From: an uncultured bacterium | GTDB lineage: Bacteria > CAYJRR01 | Assembly (NCBI GenBank): GCA_964372275.1 | Contig: CAYJRR010000001.1 | Location: 4,962 to 68,961 of the forward strand | DNA length: 64,000 nt | Direction: 5' to 3' | Shown here: in pieces, positions 9,104 through 16,836 of the stretch | How positions within the stretch are numbered: position 1 is the stretch's first letter | Layout of the letters: every line of letters begins with the position of its first letter | Notes under the pieces: generated by a model | The model's database searches: none | What the model was told of the DNA's origin: nothing | What the model saw: the letters and a program-made list of their open reading frames with translations, nothing else | Translations under genes and position numbers: made by a program

Positions 9104-9688
9104 GTGATCCTCCGCGCCCGCCGGGCCGGCCTCGTGTCCGCGATCTCCGCCGCGACGGGTGCCTTCCTCTTCGCCGCGACCGCCGGCTGCGTACGGGCCG
9201 GCGGACCGGGGACGGCGGCGCCGAAACACGGCACGATGGAGAACGACTGGTGCGGCGAGCACGGAGTGCCGGAATCGCAGTGCCGGATCTGCAATCCGGA
9301 GATCGCCCTCCCCGCTGCGCAGGCGTCGGCCGACGTGAAGACGATCGCCCACGCCGGCGAGGACGTCCCGGCCCTGGAGGCGCACCTGGTTCCGGGAAAG
9401 GTGACGGTCTTCGACTTCTACGCCGACTGGTGCGGCCCCTGCCGCCAGATCGACGCCCACATGCTCGCCGTCGCCAACGGCCTCCCGCACGTCGCGTATC
9501 GCAAGCTCAACGTCCTGGCCTGGGACTCGGCGCTGGCCAAGCGGTACCTGGGGCGCGTGGCGGGGCTGCCGTACGTCGTCGTCTACGGACGCGACGGATC
9601 GCGGGTCCGCGAGATCGTGGGATTGAACCTGCTCGCGCTCGACGCAGCGATCCAGGAAGGGGCGAACGTGAAGGGGGGAGGCCGATGA
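9104..9688 (+). CDS. thioredoxin-fold lipoprotein (WCGPC active site)
   Basis: GTG start, then signal peptide LRARRAGLVSAISAATGAFLFAATAGC. The mature part has FDFYADWCGPCRQ. The stop overlaps the ATG of the next ORF (ATGA). Confidence 0.65.
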   Translation: MILRARRAGLVSAISAATGAFLFAATAGCVRAGGPGTAAPKHGTMENDWCGEHGVPESQCRICNPEIALPAAQASADVKTIAHAGEDVPALEAHLVPGKVTVFDFYADWCGPCRQIDAHMLAVANGLPHVAYRKLNVLAWDSALAKRYLGRVAGLPYVVVYGRDGSRVREIVGLNLLALDAAIQEGANVKGGGR

Positions 9689-10689
9689 GGCGGAGCGGGC
9701 GGATCGCGGCGGCGGTCCTGTTCGTCGCGAGCATCGCGCTCCCGGTGCGCGGCTTCGCCTGAGCGGGGTGAAGCAATCCCAATCTCCCGGTCGGGGGATC
9801 CGAGGGCGGAACGGCGGTCGAGGGGGGCTGGATCGTCGGCGCGTCGGCGACCGGCTCGACCGCCCGGGTGCGCCACGATGCGCCGGAGGACGATCCGCCG
9901 ACCGAGCACGACCAGCGCTTCTGGCTCGGGGAGCTGACGTTGAGCGCGATCGTCGGGCTGTCCGACCGGTTGGCCATCCACGCGCAGGCCCCGTTCCGGT
10001 GGACGCGCAGCGCGGTCGACTTCCGGCGGCTGGACGGCGAGCCCCTCGATCCGGAGTACGAGAGCGTTCACCACCGCGACGAGACGCTGCGCGGTCCGGG
10101 AGATCCGCGCGTCGGCGGTCGGCGCCGATTCGTCGCAGGGGGGATCGCCGGCACCGTCGAGCTGGGACTGACCGTCCCCCTCGGGCGCACCGAGCCGAAC
10201 CCATTCGCGCTCGGCGCCGCCGGGAAGCGGCACCAGCACCTGCAGTTCGGCACCGGCACCTTCGATCCGTTCGTGGAGATCGACCTCTCGCGCCGGGACG
10301 GGACGGTGGCGGTCGGCGCGCGGGCGGAGGCACGTCTGCCGTGGACCGAGAACGAGCACGGGTATCGCGCCGGTCGGCGCTGGAGCGGCGGGCTGCGGAC
10401 CGTCTTCCCGCCGCGGCGGGGGATCGAGGCGACGGCGCGCCTCGACCTCCACCGCGAAGAGCCGGAGCGCTGGGGCGGCCGCGTGCCCGGCGAAGGGAAC
10501 CTCGGTCGAACCGACCTGCTCCTCGGGGGATCGGTCTCGATCCCGCGGGGACCGTACCGCGCGTCGATCGGACTGGCGGTCCCGCTCTGGCGGCGCGTGG
10601 CCGGCGCGCAGGTCGAGTGGCCGGCGATCGTCACCGTCGGCGTGACGCGCGCGATCGGTCCCGGCGGTATCCTGCGCGCGGAGGAGTGA
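9685..10689 (+). CDS. outer-membrane beta-barrel (MetA-pathway/'transporter' family-like) protein, interrupted by two in-frame TGA codons after the signal peptide (pseudogene or recoded)
   Basis: Signal peptide MRRSGRIAAAVLFVASIALPVRGFA at 9685-9759. TGA at 9760-9762 and again at 9769-9771 in the same frame 1. The same frame then reads SNPNLPVGGSEGG...DQRFWLGELTLSAIVGLSD... through to 10689. There is no start codon downstream that would restore a signal peptide. Confidence 0.45.
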
Positions 10690-10690
10690 C

Positions 10691-11947
10691 ATGGATCGAC
10701 GGGAGTTCGTTTCGAACGCGGCGGCGGCGGCCGCCGCGGTGGCGGCGTGGCCGGGCGACGCGGCGGCGGCGGCGACGGAGGAGCGTCTGTGGGAGAAGCT
10801 CCGAAAGAGCTGGCTGATCCCCGACGACGTCCTCTACCTGAACAACGGCAGCGTCGGCGCCACTCCCAAGCCCGTCCTCGACGCCGTGGAGCGCTACCAG
10901 CTCGAGGTGGAGCGGTTCGCGGGGCGCCGTTACGGCGAATACCCGTGGTGGGGGTATCCCGACACCACGCTGGAATGGCGCGCCAGGGTCGGCGCGTTCG
11001 TCGGAGCGGAGGCCGACGAGATCGCGCTGACCCGCAACGCCACCGAAGCGATGTGCACGGTGGCCAGCGGGCTCGACCTGAACGCCGGCGACGAGGTGCT
11101 GATCAGCGATCAGGAGCACCCCGGAGGGAAGTCTGCGTGGCTGCAGCGCGCGAAACGCTACGGCATCGTCGTCCGCGAGTTCACGATCGGGATGCCGCCC
11201 GAAAGCCCGGCCGCCATCGTGCAGCGCGTGGCCGACGCCCTCACGCCGCGCACGCGCGTGATCAGCGTCAGCCACATCACCACCATCACCGGCGGAATGC
11301 TGCCGGTGAAGGAGATCTGCGCGCTCGCGCGGGCAAAGGGGATCGTGAGCCTGGTCGACGGTGCGCACACGCTGGGGCAGCTGCCGGTCGACGTGAAGGA
11401 GATCGGCTGCGACTACTACGCGGTGAGCCAACACAAGTGGCTGTTCGCGCCGAAGGGAACGGGGGCCCTCTATTGCCGCAAGGGAATGGCGGAGCGCCTG
11501 TGGTGCCACACCCCCTCGGTGAACTGGGACAAGCCGGAGCTGGGGGTCGAGCGCCTCTCCAACATCGGCACCACGCCGCGGTCGACGCTGATCGGGCTCG
11601 GCGCGGCGATCGACCTCTACGAGAAGGTCGGCGGCGAACGGATCGTCGCCCGACACCGCTTCCTCACCCACCTGGCGCGCGAGCGGCTGTCGGCGATCCC
11701 GGGCCTGCGCTTCATCACCGGCAGCCCCCCGGAGCTGGCGGTGGCGATGGTGCGGTTCACCCTCCCCTTCGAGAAGTTCTCGCCGATCGCGATGCGGCTG
11801 TGGGACCGGCACAAGATCTGGGTCGCTCCCGGAGACGCCGACCCGGTGATCCCCCTCGCCTCGGCCCGCCTGTCGTTCCCCTACTACATCCTCCCGCGCC
11901 ACATCGAACGCGCGGTCGAGGTCCTGCGCAAGGAGATCGCCGCCTAG
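10691..11947 (+). CDS. class V aminotransferase (cysteine desulfurase / isopenicillin-N-epimerase-like PLP enzyme) with an N-terminal Tat signal
   Basis: MDRREFVSNAAAAAAAVAAWPGDAAAAA (twin-Arg RREFV). The class-V fold shows in LYLNNGSVGATPKPVLDA, SVSHITTITGGMLPV and AVSQHKWLFAPKGTGALY (PLP Lys). Confidence 0.75.
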   Translation: MDRREFVSNAAAAAAAVAAWPGDAAAAATEERLWEKLRKSWLIPDDVLYLNNGSVGATPKPVLDAVERYQLEVERFAGRRYGEYPWWGYPDTTLEWRARVGAFVGAEADEIALTRNATEAMCTVASGLDLNAGDEVLISDQEHPGGKSAWLQRAKRYGIVVREFTIGMPPESPAAIVQRVADALTPRTRVISVSHITTITGGMLPVKEICALARAKGIVSLVDGAHTLGQLPVDVKEIGCDYYAVSQHKWLFAPKGTGALYCRKGMAERLWCHTPSVNWDKPELGVERLSNIGTTPRSTLIGLGAAIDLYEKVGGERIVARHRFLTHLARERLSAIPGLRFITGSPPELAVAMVRFTLPFEKFSPIAMRLWDRHKIWVAPGDADPVIPLASARLSFPYYILPRHIERAVEVLRKEIAA

Positions 11948-12516
11948 GAACGGGGGGAGAGCAGGCGCGCGTCGATCCGCGGTCCGGTGGCGAAGAAGGT
12001 CCCCTTCGAGAGGTGATGGATCGTCGCACGGTCGGGCGACGGGAAGCGCCACTCGTTGCCGACGAAGAGCGCGTCGTCGGCCCAGGCGGCGACCACCTCG
12101 GCGAGGAACAGGTCGTGGTCGTGGGCGAGTGCCGCGTCCGGGAGCACGCGGCACTCGAGCCACCCGGCGCAGCCGGCGATGAGTGGGGCGGCGATCGTCG
12201 AGGCGGGCTCGGTCGCAATCCCGAAGGCGGCGAACTTGTCGAGGTCGCGCCCGCTCGTCTTCCCCACCGTCCAGGTCAGGTCGGCCTGCGCGCCCACGGG
12301 GAGCGAGAGCCCGAACTCCCCCGACGCGTCGATCAGCGTGCGGGTGAAGGTGCCCCCGTCGATCACCGCCGCCACCGTGGGAGGATCGAAGTCGATCGCC
12401 ATCACCCACGCCGCGGCCATCACGTTGGCGCGGCCGCCCGCGGACGAGGTGACGAGGGTCGTCGGCCCGTGGTTGACGAGCTTGTAGGCCTTGGGAAGTT
12501 CGACCGGGACGCGCAT
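11944..12516 (-). CDS. flavin reductase-like FMN-binding split-barrel protein
   Basis: LVNHGPTTLVTSSAGGRANVMAAAWVMAIDFDPPTVAAVID is typical of the flavin reductase domain. Confidence 0.7.
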   Translation of the reverse strand: MRVPVELPKAYKLVNHGPTTLVTSSAGGRANVMAAAWVMAIDFDPPTVAAVIDGGTFTRTLIDASGEFGLSLPVGAQADLTWTVGKTSGRDLDKFAAFGIATEPASTIAAPLIAGCAGWLECRVLPDAALAHDHDLFLAEVVAAWADDALFVGNEWRFPSPDRATIHHLSKGTFFATGPRIDARLLSPRS

Positions 12517-12607
12517 CGTTCACCTCACCCGCCGGAGATCGGGTGGCGCAGCATACACCGCGACGCGCTTGACGATCGCGACGACGTGCGCCTATTGGGA
12601 TCCTGGA

Positions 12608-13021
12608 ATGACGACGGTCCTGTTCGCCTGCGTCCACAACGCCGGCCGGTCGCAGATGGCGGCGGCGCTCTTCAACCGGTTGGCCGATCCGGCCACGGCG
12701 CGCGCGATCTCGGCGGGGACGCGGCCCGCGGACCGGGTCCATCCCGCGGTGGTGGCGGCGATGAACGAGGAGGGGATCGACCTGTCGTCGGAGCGCCCGC
12801 AGCGACTCACCGAGAGCCTCGCGCGCGGCGCCTCGCTCCTGGTGACGATGGGGTGCGGCGACGCCTGCCCGTACGTCCCCGGCCTCGAGGTGATCGACTG
12901 GCCCCTCGAGGACCCGAACGGGAAGCCGCCGGAGGTCGTCCGGCGGATTCGCGACGACGTCCGCACGCGCGTCCGGGGGCTGCTCGCCGAGCGCGGCTGG
13001 TCGGCCCTCGAGGCACGCTGA
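12608..13021 (+). CDS. arsC: arsenate reductase / low-molecular-weight protein-tyrosine phosphatase family (ArsC, thioredoxin-coupled type)
   Basis: MTTVLFACVHNAGRSQMAAALFN (CX5R P-loop) ... MGCGDACPY. The ATG is at 12608. The longer ORF from 12491 is an artefact. Confidence 0.8.
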   Translation: MTTVLFACVHNAGRSQMAAALFNRLADPATARAISAGTRPADRVHPAVVAAMNEEGIDLSSERPQRLTESLARGASLLVTMGCGDACPYVPGLEVIDWPLEDPNGKPPEVVRRIRDDVRTRVRGLLAERGWSALEAR

Positions 13022-13869
13022 TGGACGACGTTGCCGTACGCACGACGCCCGAGCGGCGGCTGGCGGATCTCTGGGCTCGGGCGCTCGCGCTCGAGGGGAT
13101 CGCCGCGCGAGTCGATCCGACGGAGAACGGGTGGGCCGTCGTCGTGCCGGCGGACGAGGCGGAGTTGGCGGGGGGAAGCCTCGACGACCTCGACGAGGAG
13201 CCCGCGGACGAGGCGGTGCCGCAGCCGCCCCGCCGGTGGGGTCGCAGCGGGGTCGGGGTGGTCGCGGCCTGGGCGCTCCTCGCGGCTCACGCCTTCACCG
13301 GACCGTCCGGCGCGACCCCCGCCTACGAGCGCGGCGCCGCGGACGCCGGGCGCATCCTCGACGGCGAGGTCTGGCGCTCGGTGACGGCGCTCGCGCTCCA
13401 CGCCGACCTGGCGCACGCGATCGCGAACGCGGCGGCGCTGCTCGCCTTCCTGACCGCGTTGGCCTGGAGGCTCGGTCCGGGTCTCTCGCTGGCGCTTGCG
13501 ACCGGCGGCGGCGCCGCCGGCAACCTCCTCACCGCGCTCGCGATGCGCGACGCCCATCGTTCGATCGGCGCCTCGACCGCCGTCTTCGCAGTCCTGGGGA
13601 CGCTGGCGGCGCTCGGAAGCCTCGAGCCCGGCCGCCGCCGGCGCGTGTGGGTGATCGTCGCGGCGAGCGTGGCGCTGCTGGGACTGCTCGGAACGTCCGA
13701 GGGCTCGGACCTTCCGGCCCACCTGTTCGGCGGGCTCGCCGGCGGACTCCTCGGCGTCGGCGCGGCGCGGATCTGGCCGGAACCGCCAAGCGGCACGATC
13801 CAGGCGGGCTGGGCGCTCGCCACCGTCGCCGCCATCGCGCTGGCCTGGACGGCGGCCCTCGCGGCGTGA
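13021..13869 (+). CDS. rhomboid-family intramembrane serine protease
   Basis: Multi-TM protein with the rhomboid motif GASTAVFAVLG and a conserved His in a later TM (AHLFGGLAG). The ATG overlaps the arsC stop. Confidence 0.75.
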   Translation: MDDVAVRTTPERRLADLWARALALEGIAARVDPTENGWAVVVPADEAELAGGSLDDLDEEPADEAVPQPPRRWGRSGVGVVAAWALLAAHAFTGPSGATPAYERGAADAGRILDGEVWRSVTALALHADLAHAIANAAALLAFLTALAWRLGPGLSLALATGGGAAGNLLTALAMRDAHRSIGASTAVFAVLGTLAALGSLEPGRRRRVWVIVAASVALLGLLGTSEGSDLPAHLFGGLAGGLLGVGAARIWPEPPSGTIQAGWALATVAAIALAWTAALAA

Positions 13870-13909
13870 GCGCCGGGCGCCGCGCCGTCGTCACGGCGCG
13901 TCCGCGGCG

Positions 13910-14410
13910 TCACGCCCGGACGGGAGCGGCGCGGCGGACGCGTTTCTCGGCCCCGGCGTAGAGCAGCCCGAGCGGGATGCCGTAGAAGAACGCGTGCATC
14001 GTCGCCTGCATCAGCTGCGGCGCGTCGAGGAACCACGGGTAGACCAGGCGCGCGACGATCTGGAAGTTCACGAACCACAGGGCGACCCCGTAGAGCAGAC
14101 CGATCCCGATCTGCCGTCCGGGCTGCGTCTTCGCCTCGGCCGGAAGCCGCGCCGCGAGGAGTGTGTAGATCGCGCCGAACACCCCGGAGAACGCGAGATG
14201 CATCGCCGTCCCAACGACGACCGCGGTGCCCAGCGGCGTCGCCTCCAGCGCCGCCCGCCCGAGCAGCGTGCTGGCGAACATCCGGATCGGCATCAGCGCC
14301 GGCTGCTCCATCATCGAGGCGCCGACCATCTCCACGATCCCGAAGATCACGCCGGCCACGATCCCCAGGCCGACGCCCTCCTTCACCGTCCGTCCGTTCT
14401 GCACCGCCAT
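13910..14410 (-). CDS. conserved membrane protein (four predicted TM helices), transcribed divergently from merR
   Basis: Hydrophobic 166-aa ORF (GLGIVAGVIFGIVEMVGA..., LLYGVALWFVNFQIVARL...). No motif I can name. Confidence 0.5.
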   Translation of the reverse strand: MAVQNGRTVKEGVGLGIVAGVIFGIVEMVGASMMEQPALMPIRMFASTLLGRAALEATPLGTAVVVGTAMHLAFSGVFGAIYTLLAARLPAEAKTQPGRQIGIGLLYGVALWFVNFQIVARLVYPWFLDAPQLMQATMHAFFYGIPLGLLYAGAEKRVRRAAPVRA

Positions 14411-14466
14411 CGCCCCTCCCCGAGGGTCCCCTCGGGTCTGCCCTTGCGCACGATTCGCGGGGAAGA

Positions 14467-14500
14467 AAGTGCTTGAATCGGTACCTTGGTACAGGGTTCA
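14467..14500 (+). promoter_or_regulatory. MerR-type operator dyad inside a sigma-70-like promoter, directly upstream of merR
   Basis: cTTGAATCGGTACCttGGTACAGGGTTCAg. The left half TTGAATCGGTACC matches the reverse complement of the right half (TGAACCCTGTACC). This resembles the mer operator and ends 10 nt before the merR ATG. Confidence 0.55.
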
Positions 14501-14510
14501 GACTGGGGCC

Positions 14511-14939
14511 ATGGCGAGGAGCGCGACGGTGTGGCAGATCGGCCGGGTCGCCGCGGAGGCGGGGGTGAACGTGCAGACGCTCCGCTACTACGAACGCCGG
14601 GGCCTGCTCGCGCGTCCGGCACGGGCCCCGTCGGGCTTCCGTCTCTACGGGCCGGACGCGGTGGCGACGATCCGCTTCATCAAGCGCGCGCAGGAGCTCG
14701 GCTTCTCGCTCGCCGAGACCGAGGAGCTGCTTCGACTCAAGGACGACCGCCGCTCCCCCTGCGCCGAGGTGCGGGCAGCCGCCCGCGCCAAGATCGAGGA
14801 GATCGACGGCAAGCTGAAGACGCTGCGCGCCATGAAGCGGGCGCTCGCGCTGCTCGAGCGAACCTGCGCCCGCCAGGGAACGGCCCGGCGGTGCCCGATC
14901 CTGGAGGCGATCGGGTTTCCGGTCGGGGGCCGGACGTGA
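14511..14939 (+). CDS. merR: MerR-family metal-responsive transcriptional regulator with a Hg-type Cys triad
   Basis: The HTH is WQIGRVAAEAGVNVQTLRYYERRGLL. A coiled-coil dimerisation helix follows. The three Cys are spaced like the Tn21/Tn501 MerR metal-binding triad: SPC near residue 79, then TCARQGTARRCP (C-x8-C-P). Confidence 0.8.
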   Translation: MARSATVWQIGRVAAEAGVNVQTLRYYERRGLLARPARAPSGFRLYGPDAVATIRFIKRAQELGFSLAETEELLRLKDDRRSPCAEVRAAARAKIEEIDGKLKTLRAMKRALALLERTCARQGTARRCPILEAIGFPVGGRT

Positions 14940-15649
14940 GGGTGCAGCTCGTCTACTTCGGCGGATGCCCGCACGTCGACGCCACGCGCGACGCGCTCCG
15001 GCGCGCGCTCGCCGTGTGCGGACAGCCGCCGTCGTTCGAGGAGGTCGACGTCGACGCCCCCGGCACGCCTCCGTCCCATCGTCGATTCGGTTCGCCGGCG
15101 ATCGTCGTCGACGGGGTCGACCTGTTCGGCGATGGATCGGCCGCCGGATGCGCCTGCCGGATCTACGGCAACGGCCCGAAGTCGGGCGCGCCGGGGGTGG
15201 CGGCGATCACGGCGGCTCTCCGCGCACGGATGCGACGGCCGCACTGGATCGCTTCGGTCGCGCATCTTCCCGGCGCCCTTCTTCCGCTCCTCCCGGCGGC
15301 CTCGTGCCCCTTCTGCGTCGCCGCGTACGCCGGCGTGCTGTCGTCGGTTGGGCTCGGCTTCCTCCTGACCGAGCGGGTGGTCGTGCCGCTGATCGTCGCG
15401 TTCCTCCTCACGAGCCTCGCCAGCGTCGCCTGGGCGACCCGCGGTCATCGAAAAGTGGGGCCGCTGTTCGCAACGGCCCTCGGGTCCGGGGCCGTCGTCG
15501 CGGGCCGCCTGGTATGGACGTTCGAGCCGGCCGTCTACGCCGGGGTGGTGCTGCTGGTCGCCGCCTCGCTCTGGAACCTTTGGCTGAAGCGGCCGAACCC
15601 GACGCCGCTCATCCGTCTCGGCTCGACACCGTCCCAAGGAACCCGGTAA
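14936..15649 (+). CDS. Cys-motif protein: thioredoxin-like N-terminal domain (CPH, GCAC) fused to a 3-4 TM domain (CPFC), candidate thiophilic-metal binding/transport protein of the mer-like operon
   Basis: GTG start overlapping the merR stop. The N-terminus is VQLVYFGGCPHVDATRDALRRALAVCG...AIVVDGVDLFGDG...GCACRIYG. TM helices then carry LLPLLPAASCPFCVAAYAGVL. The resemblance to MerT/MerC/DUF2703 is from memory. Confidence 0.55.
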   Translation: MRVQLVYFGGCPHVDATRDALRRALAVCGQPPSFEEVDVDAPGTPPSHRRFGSPAIVVDGVDLFGDGSAAGCACRIYGNGPKSGAPGVAAITAALRARMRRPHWIASVAHLPGALLPLLPAASCPFCVAAYAGVLSSVGLGFLLTERVVVPLIVAFLLTSLASVAWATRGHRKVGPLFATALGSGAVVAGRLVWTFEPAVYAGVVLLVAASLWNLWLKRPNPTPLIRLGSTPSQGTR

Positions 15650-15669
15650 TAACTCCCACGGAGGTCCGT

Positions 15670-15873
15670 ATGAAGAAGGTCGTCGTCGGAGTCCTGTTCG
15701 CGCTCTCCCTTGCCGGCTGCGCGGCGAAGTCGGCCCGCATCGCCGCGAACTGTCCGCTCGCCGGCACGGCGGCGTGCCCGCTCACGAGCTGCCCGCTCGC
15801 CGGCACCCCCGAGTGTCCGCTGAAGAAGGCGTCCTGCTGCGCGGCCGGCGGCGCGGTCGCCGAGGCGAGGTAG
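15670..15873 (+). CDS. small Cys-rich lipoprotein with three CPL(A)GT repeats, candidate periplasmic metal-binding protein
   Basis: RBS-like GGAGG upstream. MKKVVVGVLFALSLAGC (lipobox), then AAKSARIAANCPLAGTAACPLTSCPLAGTPECPLKKASCCAAGGAVAEAR. That is 9 Cys in 50 mature residues. Confidence 0.6.
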   Translation: MKKVVVGVLFALSLAGCAAKSARIAANCPLAGTAACPLTSCPLAGTPECPLKKASCCAAGGAVAEAR

Positions 15874-15882
15874 GAGGGGCGC

Positions 15883-16248
15883 ATGACCACGACTCGACGG
15901 ACCTTCCTGCTGACCGCCCTCGCCTTTTGCGCCGGCGCCGCCGACACGCCGCCCCGCCGGCTGGAACCGTGGGAGCCGATCGACCCGACCTTCACCGGCT
16001 GCGAAGGGGGCTGAGGGCGGCGCGCACGCGGCCGGTCGGCCGACGTCCAGGAGCAACCCGGTGCGGCGGTCGGCGATCGCGCCTACTGCGTGGTGAGCGG
16101 GGTCGTCTTTTCCGTGAAGGACGCGAGCCCCTCGGCCGCGCTCGACGGGCGCACGATCTACTTCTGCTGCCAGGGCTGCGCCGACTGGTTCACCCTGCAC
16201 CGCGACGAGGTCCTCGCCGCCCGCGGACTCGCCCCGCGGGTCGATTGA
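15883..16248 (+). CDS. Tat-signal protein with a YHS/TRASH-like metal-binding domain, interrupted by an in-frame TGA at 16012-16014 (selenocysteine, readthrough or pseudogene)
   Basis: AGGAGGGG RBS, then ATG at 15883. The ORF reads MTTTRRTFLLTALAFCAGAADTPPRRLEPWEPIDPTFTGCEGG-TGA-GRRARGRSADVQEQPGAAVGDRAYCVVSGVVFSVKDASPSAALDGRTIYFCCQGCADWF... all in one frame. The first domain Cys lies before any possible downstream start codon. Confidence 0.5.
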
Positions 16249-16268
16249 CGCCCCGTGATTCCGGTGAT

Positions 16269-16784
16269 GTGGTGCGGCCGGTGAAACGCGTCGCGAGAGC
16301 CGTTCGAGCGTCGACCTGCCTGGTCGCGCTGATGGGCGGGCAGGCGAGCGCCGTCGCCCATTTCGCGGCGCACGACCGGCCGCACCTCCACGAGGCGGAC
16401 GGCTCGACGGTCTGGTTGGACGGTTCGGCGCCGATCGATCCGGCGCAGCCGCTCGACGTCCGTGCCCTCTACCTCCGGCTCGCGTCCCAGATCGGCGCGA
16501 GCCACGCGCACGCCGACGCGCCGCACGACCACGATCACGGCGACGCGCACGGGGACGGCGACGACGGCGGCGACCACCCTGGCGACGACGGCGCTCCGTC
16601 CTCCCGACATCACGAGGCCCGCGGACCGTTGCACTTCGCGGGTGTCTCTCTTCCGACCGTGCACTCGGTCTTTTCGGCGCAGCTCGCGCCATCGCGACCG
16701 CTGCGGACGCCCGAGCCCGCACGCGCCGCGGTGACGGACCGCGTCGAACCCGGAGCGCCGCGGGGACCACCCCCAGGCCGGTAG
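16269..16784 (+). CDS. secreted His/Asp-rich protein, candidate metal-binding periplasmic protein
   Basis: GTG start. Signal-like VRPVKRVARAVRASTCLVALMGGQASAVAHF, then HAHADAPHDHDHGDAHGDGDDGGDHPGDDGAPSSRHHE. The coding call is weakened by spurious high-GC ORFs on both strands here. Confidence 0.45.
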   Translation: MVRPVKRVARAVRASTCLVALMGGQASAVAHFAAHDRPHLHEADGSTVWLDGSAPIDPAQPLDVRALYLRLASQIGASHAHADAPHDHDHGDAHGDGDDGGDHPGDDGAPSSRHHEARGPLHFAGVSLPTVHSVFSAQLAPSRPLRTPEPARAAVTDRVEPGAPRGPPPGR

Positions 16785-16836
16785 CGCGGTCCGTTGAGCG
16801 CTCCACCGGTTCGGCCCCCCTCCTCGAGGTCCGTCG

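Noticed and set aside
10747-13869. 1040-aa plus-strand ORF spanning the aminotransferase, flavin reductase, arsC and rhomboid genes
   Set aside because: Arg/Gly/Pro-rich composition typical of an open out-of-frame stretch in 70% GC DNA. It overlaps four well-supported genes. Only its last 282 aa (rhomboid, from ATG 13021) are real.
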